From Kudoa neothunni (Eukaryota > Animalia > Cnidaria): 64,000 nucleotides of DNA. The notes below the pieces were generated by a model. That model was given only the letters and a program-made list of their open reading frames with translations, was not told the origin of the DNA and made no database searches. How positions within the stretch are numbered: the stretch's first letter is position 1; the number at the start of each line of letters is the position of its first letter. A program made the position numbers and the translations under genes. Positions 13,401 to 26,609 of the stretch are shown in pieces. The stretch covers positions 13,959,118-14,023,117 of the forward strand of contig OZ199838.1 of the NCBI GenBank assembly GCA_964304625.1, in the 5' to 3' direction.

Positions 13401-15169
13401 CGGTTGCTTTTAGTTTAGCTCTCGACGAATCAACGGACATTCAAAACAATCTCTAATTGGCCATATTCATTCGCTATGTTTTATACGACCTAACTATTAA
13501 GGAGGAATTGTTGGATTTGGTGACATTGAAGGAAACTACCCGTGGCGTTGACGCTAAAAATGCACTTGATACAGCCTTAGCAAATGTTGGCATTCAATTA
13601 TGTAATCTCGTTAGCACTTCGACAGATGGAGCCTCTGCGATGGTAGATAAGAATGTAGGCTTAATTGGACTCATGAAAAATGATCCAAAGTTTGGAAAAC
13701 TTATCCCCCTACATTGCACTATTCATCGCGAACATCTGGTTGCAAAATACTTCAAATATGAAGATGTAATGAAGTGTGTACTCGAAATTATCAATTATAT
13801 ACGATCAAATGGGTAGACTCGTCGACAGTTCAGAAATTTTGTTGAAGAACTTGATATTGATGATAAACTTAACGATGTTTCATTCTACTGGATTGTGAGA
13901 TGGCTGTGAATTAGCAATGTCTTGAATAGGTTTATGAAACTTTTAGAACCGATTAGTTCATTCCTTAAAAAAACAAATCATACCCTCAACTTGAAAATAA
14001 TTAATGACTCTACGATTTGACGTTTTTTATCAACGTAATGAACAATCTTCAAAAACTCAATTTAGCATTACAAGGAAAGAATAAATTGGTTTCCAATCTT
14101 GCTCAAACAATTTTCAGTTTCGCGAATAAAATACAAGTTTTCCGACGAGACATAATATCAATAAACTTCATTTATTTTCCAACTCTCAATAGACAACGAA
14201 ATTCGTTCCCTGATGATGCAATACAAAATGAGAAATTGGAAGAATATAGAGACAAATTAGTGCAACTTATGAATGACTTAAAGATCGTTTTGATGATCTA
14301 CGGAAACTGAAACCATGATTTTTGTTCCTCATCAACCCATTTGTGATCAATGTAGTTAATGATGGTGTAAAAATTTTGAACCGCTGGTCACCGATTTTTC
14401 AACTGTGGAAATGGAACTAATGGATTTTCAAGAAGGTCTAATTTTAAAGATGATTCATAACTCCAAGTCACCAATAGAATTTTGGAAAAACGTATTAGGA
14501 ATGAAATATCCCAAATTGAAAGAAATGAGTGTCAAACTTATATTTTTGGAACAGCTCATTGTTGTAAATCCCTTTATTCTACGATGAAGTTTGTAAAATC
14601 GAGGCATCGCGGATCCCTCACAAACAAACACTTGACGGAATTAATTCGTACGACTGTAACAGCATATGAACCAGATTTCCGTCAGCTCACTGATAACATG
14701 AAAACACATAAAACTTGTTTCATTAGAAACAATTTATAAAAATTTTTTTACGAATGCATTGATTTATTGTGTTATTACTTTATTCACAAATATTTTATTT
14801 AATTTTTTGTTAGACTATCATATACGATTGAATATGGAAAATATTTTATTACTTTTGCGGCCTTTTTCAGAGAGAAAGCATTTCTTGGATCATTAACTAC
14901 TAATATACTTTTCTTGAAAAACTATCATGAATTATACCTGTAAAAATTATATGTAAGTTTTCCAATGACTAACTGAATAGGAAAATAATTTAAAAATCTT
15001 TATTTATAATTCTACAACATTTTGCATCAGGATGTGCCAAAAGTTCCCAGGAGTGTCAGTTTTAAATAAGAAAGAGATACATAAAAAGAATTTATAACGC
15101 CATGCGACTCTTTAAAATTTGGGCACCTTTAAAGTTAGCTCCCATTCTAGACAAATCTGGTCACTCCTG
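10405..15169 (+). mobile_element. SPIN/GTF2IRD2-like hAT transposon, frameshifted transposase ~12857-14739, interrupted by a Tigger
   Basis: Ends tagagctggccaaac ... ctggtcactcctg; fragments KRIFNPEWEE, NLKRHYE, FSLALDESTDI, STDGASAM, HCTIHREHL, VRWL, LNLALQGK. Confidence 0.85.
10647..12605 (-). mobile_element. Tigger/pogo (Tc1-mariner) transposon, CENP-B HTH + DDE transposase, frameshifted
   Basis: 23-bp TIR CAGTCGAGATTGGATATTGCGTG / CACGCAGTATCCAATCTCGACTG; TA on left; ORFs with WFVKQR, NIDETALY, FLPKNTTSILQTLDLGII, RQTKITSFF. Confidence 0.92.
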
Positions 15170-15170
15170 A

Positions 15171-15325
15171 TACGATCGAACCCCGTTTATCCGGAAATCA
15201 CGTTATCTGAACTGTTTTTTAAAATTTATTTGGAAATAATATAGATGATAAATAAGAAAATTTCATTTAACCGAAACAACTTTTTTCTAGAATTTTCGGA
15301 TAAAAATGTCTTGAAATCTGGATTA
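15171..15325. repeat. Isolated Tigger-type terminal fragment related to the TIR at 48158
   Basis: tacgatcgaaccccgtttatccggaa resembles CAGTCGAACCTCGGTTATCCGGAA. Confidence 0.45.
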
Positions 15326-16786
15326 GTGTCTGGTTAAAATTGCACCCGCATTTATTTTTTTGACTCATATATTCATTATTTATTCAATCTAAGTTTATGT
15401 TTGATTATTAGAAACAACGTAACGTATATAATATAGTATTTTATGTTCAAAATGCAACCAAGTTAATGATGAACAAATAATGTTGGGTAAAGACAAATTC
15501 CCTGATATCGTTTCGTGAGTAATATAACATAAAAATGGAGTTTATGTGATTATTTAATCACAATTTAGCAATAACTTCATAAGACTAATTTATCCACGGA
15601 ATTGGTCCAATTAAACAATGTTTGTTCACAAATTTGTTTTTTCCCATAACACCTCCATCTTTAATTCCTATTAAGTCGTAACAATCATTAATCAATATTA
15701 AATTGTTGGATTAAGGCATATCTTAATTAAAGAGGAATCTCTTAATATCGTTATGGAGGACTCTGAGAAAATACTTCTCATTGTTACTTTAATTATTCTT
15801 ACCGATATTATTAGTACAACTCACAATATCCAAATAGAGAAGACATTATAAAAAAATTAATAACAAAAATATTCAATTTTTTAGAATCTAGAATGTATCT
15901 TTCAAATATGGCGCAGTGATGTCAAGGTCGCTAATATCAGTAGTACGCATGCGCAGATTACATGGGATATCGATTCTAGAAGTACTGTATTTTAAAATAT
16001 TTTCACATCTAATTCATTATTATTACTTATATGTAGTAAGAATTGTCTTTAGAAATATATAAAACAAATATCGACTAGTGGAGAATAAAATATGTAGTCA
16101 ACCTAGAATTTCCCCCTCGCACACGCGCACCGACACCTAACTTGGTTTAACCGAAATTTCAGTATCCGAAAGGAAAATGCCAGGTACAAACTGTTTTGGA
16201 TAAATGGGGTTCGACTGTTGATAAAGTAGTAATATTCGCGCGTGTGTGTTTGTTCGTTTAGGCAAGTGCGCATAATTTTTTTTATTGATCGAAGCATATA
16301 CGTAAACTTTTAAAGGTGTTAATATATTTAAACATTAATATGTTAAAGTTTACGCATGATATAGATTCATAGTCATTTTATTCTAGGGTATATAGCTAAT
16401 TTAATTTTATCCAATGTATTAAAAAAGTGATTAAAACCGTCATTTAATGGATTAAGTCGACCAAAACATGCAGGAATAACTTTGATTGGTTAATTTTATT
16501 AACTTACTTACATTTATGTCTCATTTTTCCTTATAATACGTTTAAAATTATAAAATATTAATAATTTCGCTCGCTGGGTTGCAATATAAAGGTCAGACTC
16601 CTATTTTTGAAGATAGGCGTGTGAGAAAACTAGAATAGTTCGTAGATCACTGATAAACTGGTCACTAAATTTTTCGCCTACTTTTAAATGATATATACTT
16701 AATTACATTAATCTTAATTTACTTTCTTGAACTTTATAGAAGCCAACAGATGTATTTTGTAAAAGATATGCTACGAATGTTTCATT

Positions 16787-18736
16787 TTAACCCATTCGGG
16801 GCGGGGGTCCGGGTCCAATATTTAAATTTCCTTAAAATTCAAAATATATGTTGAAAATAATCTTTTAATAGCGACATTAAATTATTATTATATAAAAATT
16901 AAATTCTTATAGGAAAATGGCAAAATTACCAAGGGAACGAAAACCCACCGACGTATGATTTTCTAATTGAACGTTGTGTTACAGAGTGCGCGAAAAATAA
17001 ACGGTTTTGTATCGATAAGAGAGCAAACTACTGTTGATTATGAAAATCTATTGAGCATTTAATGTGAATATAATTTGGGCAAAAGTAGATAATCTCCTTT
17101 TAACACACAACACATCGTCTCCTTTTCTCAGCAATAGTACTCATCATAGGTCGGCCTCACAAAGACGTGGCATGAATATTTGCGATGGATAATCGACGGG
17201 TTTGTTTCTCCGAATTTTTTATACTGATCAAATTGGCAACGATGTATCTAATGTGATTTTATAAGCTGACTTTTTCTTTGCTTCTATAATTAAACATTCC
17301 CCATGAATTAAATGCTGCGAGCGATATCATGTTAGTAAAAAGAGACCAATACCATTTTCTCGAGCGCATTCTTATTCTGTAGCAAGATACAGAATTGTCT
17401 ACGGTATCAATACCACCCGTATACTCATTGCACATATGACCAATTTGAGGCTGTTCGATCGATACATAGCGCTTTTTTGTTCTGCAGTAACGTTTCAGAT
17501 GTTATATTGGTTCAACAGTAAGCGAATAACTAAGAAAAGTAACAGGCTTTGTATCATTCCTTCGAATACAGTTGATTTCAGTTATAGGATCTTTGAAATA
17601 TTCATAGTAGCCTCGGTGGTTTTTATTCATTAATTTCGGACTCGTAAAAGGACAGTTCGAAGTTCGGTTCATCCTCACTGTTCCAATAACATTAACACCT
17701 CTTCGTTTGAAATCAATCAATAATTTGTGAGAGGCGAAAAAATTATCGAAATTGACATAGAACATACCTCTATCCTTTAGCTCGTCGACAAAATTTAGCA
17801 TGATGCTTCCACCTAGGCCAAAATTCTTGTTGTATAATTCTGCCTTACCTATATATACACTAAAACTGTACACATATCCAACAGAAGACGCCACAACCTA
17901 TTGCTTGAAATTGAAACGGACGGGTTTTCCCTTCATATACATTTTGCAGGAGTGGTGACCGGTATATGAAATCATCTGTTCATCAATAGATAAGTTGTCG
18001 CAAAAATTTCCAAATTATTTGAAATTTTCGAATTATTGGCCTTATCTTGAAAAGCTTATCGTCTTTATCGAGTTTTGAAGTATTATTAAAGTGGAGGTGT
18101 CGTTTTATCAACTTGAATCTTTTCAAGGTCATAGACTTTTTACAATTTCAACCCCAGGATCCATTGGAGTTTCCCAATACATATGTTGCTGAGATAATCG
18201 ATTGTAACCCAATAATTAATAATAATAATAAAATGCCAATAAAATATTTAAGTTCTTTTACGGTTAAGTGAAACGTGTGATCATTCTTTTGTTGTGCATA
18301 AATATTTATTTCTTTAACAATATGTAAGAGAAAATTTTCATCGAAAAGTCTTAAAAATGTTTCTTAGGATTCATATCTAGTGGCGGAGTCATCATGCACA
18401 ATAGTATATTTATTTTTAGGAACTGTATGGCATTCAGTGGCAATTACAGATGAATCGTTAGATTGAGATATTTTACACCATGTAGCACAAACATTATCAA
18501 TTAATGGTTCATTATCAACATATGAGAAAGTTTATATTGTACCGAATATTTCTTGGACGGTCCCAACGTCAATCTTGTCACATTCCCTTGAAACAAAAGG
18601 ACCTTCTTCATCAGTCAAGATATCAACATTATCTGGAGGTAACGTCACAAAATCAACCGGGTTTAGAACAGCGTTTTCCTTTGATTTTTCCCCCGCATCC
18701 CCAAACGATTATCAAGTTCATTCTCGCACCCTTATG
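16787..18736 (-). mobile_element. Second PGBD2/3-like piggyBac copy, 5' end lost
   Basis: TTAA-CCCATTC end matches the reverse complement of the 2450-2507 end; motif gggaacgaaaacccaccgacgt ~16933; ORF 17502-17894 with FDNFFAS, GTVRMNR; SIDEQMISYTGHHSCKMYMKGKPVRF. Confidence 0.85.
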
Positions 18737-20150
18737 TTAACCCTTAAAGGACAACCCTGGGCTCCACGAGCCCATATACACTAACCGGATTAATTATAGT
18801 ATTAATGTGTTAATTAATGCATTAATTCGTGGTCTCTCTTAAAGCTAGCTGTGTTGTATAATAACTCATTGATAAGAAAAACAATAAGAATAAATATTCT
18901 ACTAATTTTTTGAGATACAATTAAAACAAGTAACGTTCCTCGCGGAATGCTCGCTACATACACTTTTTTTGCAAAGGGAACACACTTGCTTATTCCTACG
19001 AATTATGTGGCTTGGACCAAAGTGACATCGCGTTCGTCTGTTATCTTCGCAGAGTTGGATTTGGTTTGATACATTATTGGAAAATTGATATCCAATAATT
19101 TCCATCGAGCGTTTCAAAGAGGGTTGGGTAGAAATTAATGGATTTTTGAATCTTCTTTCTTGTTCACCTTTTATTAACAAATAAGACAAATCCAATAGAA
19201 ATCTTTGTCTTCTACCAAATTTATCAGTCCTCATGTAGGTAGGATTTCTATTTATGAAAATTACATATGCGTTGAATGCAGCCACATCTAATAATTGGCA
19301 AAACACCGCGAATGGCCAACGTCGACATTTTCTCTTGCAAGAATATGTTGAAACACATTGATCTAATGTGTCAACGCCGCATTCTTTTTTGTTGTAGTCT
19401 AAGATTGCCTGAGGCGTAGCATGGTATTCTTTACTTACATTTTGAGTGTGGTGTTCTGATGAAAGAATAACCACTGCCTTATTTTGACGCGGAACATACG
19501 AAATAAGGGTGAATACTTTGTAAAAACCAAATAGCGATGAAAACATCTTTCTTAATCTATGCGCCAAAAATTCTGGGGGTATAAAAGTTCTGCATTTACG
19601 CACAGTTACAAGAATTGATGTTTTCCTTTCATACAAATATTCAGCCAGTTTCCACGAAGTAGAATAATTGTCGAAGGTGATACTACGACCCGCATCCAAA
19701 AGGTGATGTGTTAAATTTACCACAACATTAAAAGGTAGGTTGGATTCACGGTAACTGTCAATTTTACCCAAATATGGAATTATGTTTGAAACATAAAATG
19801 TGTCGCTGTCGCAAACAATCCAGAATTTCAAATTTGTAACGAAATTGCTATCTATTTTAATTTTTTCGTCTGTTAAATATTTTTTATAAAAGATTCATAA
19901 CAGGATATAGAGAAAGAAAGAGAATAAGGCCGAAGGGTTTTCTAATTGTGTTAGTGGAAACATTTAGTCGTTTCCTTGAAAATGTTTGTTTTCGAATTCA
20001 AAGTCGTGGTCTTCATTGAAAACAAGAATTCTTAAGTTATGTATATCATAGATTTCAGATAAGTTATCATGAACAGTTTCAGCTTCTTCCATATCATAAA
20101 CATCACCGACGTCATCTAAAATAATCGAAACAAACAACAACTGATACCAT
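18737..20150 (-). mobile_element. PGBD4-like piggyBac, internally deleted, 5' end lost
   Basis: TTAA-CCCTTAAAGGACAACC terminus at 18737; transposase ORF below; acidic N-terminal remnant ~19850-20130. Confidence 0.85.
18902..19831 (-). pseudogene. piggyBac transposase C-terminal 309 aa (lacks N-terminus and first catalytic Asp)
   Basis: KFWIVCD, TFDNYSTS, GVDTLDQ, RRWP, Cys-rich C-terminal domain CSLCKKSVCSEH...CFNC. Confidence 0.85.
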
Positions 20151-20213
20151 CAATAATTTAATAATTTTCTTAATTAGAACCAATTATAGATTTACTATTA
20201 AATATATTAAATA

Positions 20214-20968
20214 CTAGCGCAAAAGCCCCGCTTCGCATGGGTTTCCTTGCCCAGCTAAGTAGACTAAGGCCTTGAGTAGGCCAAGGTCATCTTATGTTCA
20301 ATGTCAATTTTAATTATTTATCGTCCTTTCTATAACAGTCTCGGCCGAAATAAACAGAAATAACCCGATCATCTTCACTTTCTTATTTATTGGACTTTAT
20401 TTTCATTTAGAAATCATAAGTTTTTTCAGCTCATGTGGCGAATTAATCACATTAACTAACTAATCTAATAGTATGTTAACAATGTTTCATTTAATTATAA
20501 TGTTCTAACATCCTTTTATGTTTATTTAAAAAATATTTAAAACTTTTTATCTTTAATCAAACGTGCAAAGTAAATAACTTTTTCCCGCATATTAATCCCC
20601 CGTTTAAACAATGAATCTTCGTATACACCGAGTTTCCGCCTACGCACGAACTAATGTTGTAGAACTTATTAACTTAGTTTAAAGTGTAAAAAAGAGTAAA
20701 GTTAAAGTTGCAATTGTATTTAAATAATATAAATTAAAGTTATCTACTCATATCACAGAACATTATAGCGAATCACGTGCAATGGTAATCTCATTATTAT
20801 CAGCGCTAATCTATTTACAAAAAGTTTACACTACAAATTCACCACTTTATAAGAAAGTATACGATCCCGTTGTATTTTTGTAGTTAATTTTGTACTTTTT
20901 AAAGTATTAAAATAATCTCAAATACTAAAGAAAGTCTCTGCATGAGAAGAAGATTTGTGTGTACACAC
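20214..20968 (-). mobile_element. Non-autonomous Helitron-like element, 3' end intact, 5' end truncated at the hAT
   Basis: Minus strand ends cccatgcgaagcggggcttttgcgCTAG|T (hairpin + CTAG); 20770-20968 is similar to 54705-54775 + 56079-56205. Confidence 0.6.
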
Positions 20969-23900
20969 CAGGGTTGCCAGAAGATTAGCGAAAAAATACC
21001 AAAATTTTAAAAAACGTACCAACAGTTAATCTGCGCAAAAAAAAGATTAAAAGGGAAAAACATAATTATTTAAAATGTTTTTTAACCCTCTAACGGATTT
21101 GGGGTGTATTACACCCCAAACCACATTTAATCTGAGAATAACATTTTATGACCTTCTCATATCAAATCGAAATTTACGCTATTCTTCTATATTTATGAAA
21201 CGTACAACATAACAAAAATTTGGATAAATTATAAGCTTTCGTCATGCCGAAAAAAATCCATCCTTTAACGGGCTTGGGGTGAAAAACACCCCATCATTTT
21301 TTTTTGTTAAATTTCATTAAAAAATGATTTTGAGTTGATTTATAAATTTTTAGAAAATTCTATCGACGAAATTCGAAGAAAATCAGCAACTATTATATTG
21401 TAGCGTATGCGGCAGCAATACAAATAGTAAACAAACCACACAAGATTCAAAAACTAACTTAATCCCTGTCCGAGGTCTACCGATTCGGCCACAATATTAC
21501 CTACTTCAATTCATCGCAATCGTTATTCACTGGTACATTTCCGTGGACACAATATTAATGTTTTCCTATCATGCAGATTGAGAAATATCGATTTTTGCGG
21601 GCACATCAAGTTGTTTTAATTATCAGAAATATATTTTAGAATTATAATGTTGATGAATGCCCTCTCTGAAATTTTATTTTATTAATTATGCGCCAATTTG
21701 GATATGTGAACAAGCGAGATTGTTTGAATCCGAAGATTTCACGTGTTCGGCTGTTCTGGTAGTTGAGTTACAATGAGCACTTCTGATGAATTTTTCGATG
21801 ACATCCAATCGTCTGGCAGCGAAATAGATGATAATTTGTTCGAATTATCATGCAACTCTAATGAAATATCTGAGAATGAAGGTGCTGAAGACGATACAAC
21901 CAGTAAAAGCGGAATCCTCTGGACATTGAAAAAACCAGCATCGTCAAGAACGTCGATTGAAAATATAATGGATTCTCATCCTGGCCCAACGGCATATGCC
22001 TTACAAAGGATCCAAAATATTTTAGATTGTTTCGTTATTTTTTTACGAATCATATTTGCCAAGAAATTATTAAATATACTAATCTATTTGGAAAATCTCA
22101 ATTTCGTGATTCTTGGATTGATTTAGACGAGACAGAATTCAAAGGATTTTTGGGGGTTCTAGTATTGATGGCTATCCATAAAGATAGAGAAGAGCCTCTA
22201 TTGGAACTTTTTAGTTTAACTGAAGGGAAACAAATATATCGCCAACTCTTCTCCTATAATCGCTTTAGGCAAATACTACGAAGTCTTCACTTTGATGATA
22301 CAACCACAAGAGCACAAAGGAGAGAACAAGACAAATTTTGTCCTATTCGCCATTAATGGAGCATGTGGATGAAAATACTTCCAATGCGCTATTCACCTAC
22401 TGAGGATGTCACTGTTGATGAGCGGTTGGTTTCTTTTAAAGGACGATGTCCTTTTAGGCAGTATATGCCGCTGAAACCGGCAAAATACGGATTGGAATTT
22501 TTTCTTCCTGTGGATCCGGTACACAGCTACGTTTTAAATATTTCCCCATATCTTGGAAAAAATGGAGACCAAGTTAGCTGTTCCTCCAGCGTTGGTGAAA
22601 ATATTGTGCTATCGCTGACGACTCCATTGTACCATACAGGCAGAACGATTGTGGCGGATAATTTCTTCTCGTCTATCAAGCTATCGACCAAACTATTGGA
22701 GAAACGCCTAACATACTTAGGAACCGTACGGCAAAACAAACGAGACCTTCCTTCATGTGTTCTTCCGTCCAAAGGTAGAGAATTACATAGCACTACTTTT
22801 GCATTTTTTAAAAAAAAATATGTTGACGTCCTACGTGAACAAAAAGAACAAATGTGTAATTCTTCTGTCGACGGAGACAATTAACGTCGATATATCTGAA
22901 GATAATAAAAAACCTCAGACTATACTCTGATACAATAAAAAAAGCGAGGTGTGGACACGGTCGATAGAATGTTGGCATCCGTATCGGTGCGCCGATTCAA
23001 CAGAAGATGGCCAATGATCGTATTTTATAACATGGTTGATCTATCCTTAATTAATGCGTTTGCATGATACAAAATTATATTCAATCAACCAATAAAATTA
23101 AGACGCACATTTTTGAAGGAGATGGCGGAAGCATTGTATCAACCCCTAATTGGTAAAAAATTAAAGTTAACTGGGTTAAAAAGATCAAAGTTCCAAAGCA
23201 CGGATAATTTAAAGAATATACCAACCACCCTAAACAAGAGCGTTGTGCCTTCTGTCCTCGCCAAAATGATAAAAAAACATCTAGCAAATGTTCAAACTGC
23301 GAACGTTATTATTGCCGGCTTCATTCGCCTAGAAAATGCTATGATTGCGATCAATCGTAATAATTATCTATCCTTAATATTTTAAAATTATATGATTTGT
23401 TTCAAACTTGTTTTTTACGCTACTTAACGTTAGGCTCTATTTTTCGTTGTGAGCCACAACCTTATGCCAAATATTGCCGAACTGGACTAAGTTGAATGAT
23501 AAATGTAAATTTACTCCAAATTCTGTGGATAGAATTTTCTAAAAATTTATAAATAAACTTACAATAATTTTCTGAAGAAACTTAACAGAAAAAAAAAGAT
23601 GGGGTGTTTTTCACCCCAAGCCCGTTAGAGGATGGAATTATTCGATAGCTTAAAGGGTTAATCTATCTAAAATTAAATTATGTCATTACAGTTATCTCCA
23701 TAAAGTTTTGTCTCTATGGACGCTGTTACTGAATTTTCAGGCGGGTTCTATTTTTTGCAATCTGTACTATAAAATAAACTTTTCGAATAAATCAAGCTGT
23801 TTAATGTTTTGGTCTTCAATATTGATCTATTTTTCATTTTTATTACGTTCAATCGGGAAAATATTCTTTCGGCAAAAGAAGAAGACTAAGGTAATGAGGG

Positions 23901-26609
23901 CAAGCTCATCATTAGTTTTAAAGTTAATGGATATTTAGGAACGTCGCCAATTATTTTTTCTGATACATCGTACCAAAATTTGTAGGGATCACTTACCTAA
24001 AAGAGATTTGAGTCTTGGAGAGTTAATTGTCTCCATTCAATATCCACATTGGTATAGTCTTCATCCTATACAAGATTGGGGAATCTTGCTGAAAGGGGTA
24101 TGATAGACTCAAGCTTACCTTCATTCACATTACTTGGATCCATTGCCTCAAACAATTCAAGTTCTTTAAATGAATTATTGTATAGAAAGCGATAAAATAT
24201 TTCATTTGTTAAGGAAATACAGAGATTAAAAGTATTTAATTTATTATGGAAGAATTCATTGCATAAATGCAAGTCACGTTTGATCCGCGACAAATACTAT
24301 CTAATGGAAGATAGTTTGAAGAGTTATTAATATTCCCAATATCCACATTTTGAATGATTTCTCTTTTCATAAATAAGCCGAGAGTAACTTTACTGTAACA
24401 CCAATTGAATTTTTTAGCTTGCGCATTCGAAAGGTTTCTGATTGGAGTTCAAGATTTAGTTTGTTCACTACCGGTAGTATAAAGTTTAAGAATTCAAAAT
24501 ACATATGATTGATTGGTTTATTTAGTTTATTATTTATTAATTTTGCTGATTCAAAACCATTTTTCGATACTGCTGTAGCAAAAAACATTTTAAGTGCATT
24601 CCATGGATCGAGTATTCTAGTGATGACTTGTTCGAGTGACAACCATCTTGTGCTACAAGGGCGTAATGTCTTTCTAGGACAAATATCCATTATCTTTTGA
24701 AATTCCTTGTATTCACTCAAATGTTTTTGGCTATTCGAAATATATGTGTAAATACTTCTAGCTAAACCTTCCGATTCGTTTGGAAGTTGATGAAAAGCTT
24801 TAGAAGCACATACAAAATTTACTGAGTGACAAACGCAACCTTACACGTGAAGCGAGGGAATTATTTGGATCAGTAAACCCTGGACACCATTTTTGTTATC
24901 CATCATAACATATGCATTGTCACTGACAAATCCGATAAGATTGCGAATGGAGAAATTATTAGTTTTAAAAGAATTTATTAATGATTCAAAAATTCCTTTG
25001 CCAGTACAATTCGTTATCTCCAACATGACCAAATATTTGTTCATTGTCTTTTTAACGTCGACATCATAATATCAATCTACTAAAACTAGTTGTTTAGTTG
25101 TGGATATATCTGTGGTTTCATCTATTATTAATGAAAATTTGGTTGTTTGTAATTTTGAAATTAAGTTGTTTAAGTAATGTTTCCCAATAACACGAAGAAA
25201 AACACATTTTCCTTTCATCCCAGCCCATTTAATGTATTTGCAAATAGCAGAATCTTCACAAACATTGGCAACTAAACCAGACAAATGATCCAAGATTGAT
25301 AGCGGTAAATTGTGTTTCGCAACAAAGGAACATAATTTCCATTCTGCTTTGGCTATTTCTCGAGCATATTAAACAGGACTGTTTAATTCTATATAACTAT
25401 CTATTTTCATATTATTTGTGGATTGTCTCATATTTCTTAAATGCTTTTCAGTTGCCGCATGTCTTTCGATTTGTGAAATACTTCCCGAAACTTCACTTTT
25501 ACACCTTTTACAGAACACTTTCTCGTTGATATCCTTACTCATATCAATCCACTAGATAAATCTTCGATTTTCCAATTATTCTCTTCTTACCTTACTTTCA
25601 TAACCTTTGTATATTTTCTTTTTTGGTGTTTTACTCATATCGCTTTCTTAGTAGCTATCGTTTTGATTAAAGACCACCGAGAATTACTAATCCAAAAAAT
25701 ATTACATTATGTTTAACACAATAAAAGTTACAGAAATTAATTTAGCTTGTTGAATGCAAAAACTATGTGGTAAATTATTAAGACGCGCGTTATTAAGAAT
25801 GAATTTGTAGGTTAAAATAAGTGTTTGTGAATAAAATTTTATCCTTATCGCATTTCGGATATTGTATTCCTCTGCAACTTCGTTTTCACATTATTTAAGT
25901 ATTTTCACGTATCAGTGATAGCTTTAATTTAAATAAATATAATTTATTAACAATTTCCCTGGCTAGAAATGTATAAACTTAACATTTTAAGGAATTATGT
26001 TAGCGACAGTTAAATTTTATAACTCTTTCGAGCCAGATTTTTTTCGTTAAAACGTACATTTTAAAACCCTAAAGTATAAAATTTATAGGCAGAAAAATTA
26101 ATTTCGTGAAGTAAACGAGCTAATTACCTGTGTATAAGGTTAAATATACATTGGGATTGCATGGAACTGATTTGACCATGAAATCAAAGAACGTTCCATT
26201 TAAAACAATAAATAGATAACATTCTCGTGTTCAGAAACTCATTTAACATATAAGTGAAGAAAAAAATAAGCTTAGGTTTATAAAATTTTTTCATATGATA
26301 ATATGTTGAAATTTAATTGTTTGTTTGTTTTGTTTTCTTTATGAGACAAAACATTAAAGGGATAGGTTGGATATTTAAAATAACATCGGATTCAACAGCA
26401 AGACATATTTTACATATCTTCGTATAATATTATATCTATACGCTGGAATAACAAATAAACGTAAAAGATATAAATTTTTAAATAAGATATTAATGCTACT
26501 TTATATTCATAACTAAAACCTAACCGGAAACTGAATATCGTCGAGGGGATTAAAAATGTTGATGAAAAAGTACCATTTTGATACGAACATACCAATTCTG
26601 GCAACGCCG
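20969..26609 (-). mobile_element. ZNF862-like hAT transposon, decayed transposase ~23750-25640, interrupted by a piggyBac
   Basis: TIR CAGGGTTGCCAG at 20969 and ctggcaacgccg at 26598-26609; FSLIIDETTDIST, GFVSDNA, GCVCHS, PCSTRWLSL, LNLELQS. Confidence 0.8.
21082..23661 (+). mobile_element. Full-length PGBD4-like piggyBac with frameshifted transposase (21773-~23360)
   Basis: TTAA 21082-21085 and 23658-23661; CCCT(C/T)TAA termini; ~110-bp subterminal inverted repeat 21257-21365 / 23528-23636; VTVDERL..FKGRCPFRQYMP.KPAKYG, VADNFFSS, GVDTVD, C-terminal CAFC...CSNC...C..H. Confidence 0.93.

Noticed and set aside
16297-16358. Imperfect ~60-bp AT-rich hairpin
   Set aside because: Low complexity and no supporting context; may be a collapsed MITE
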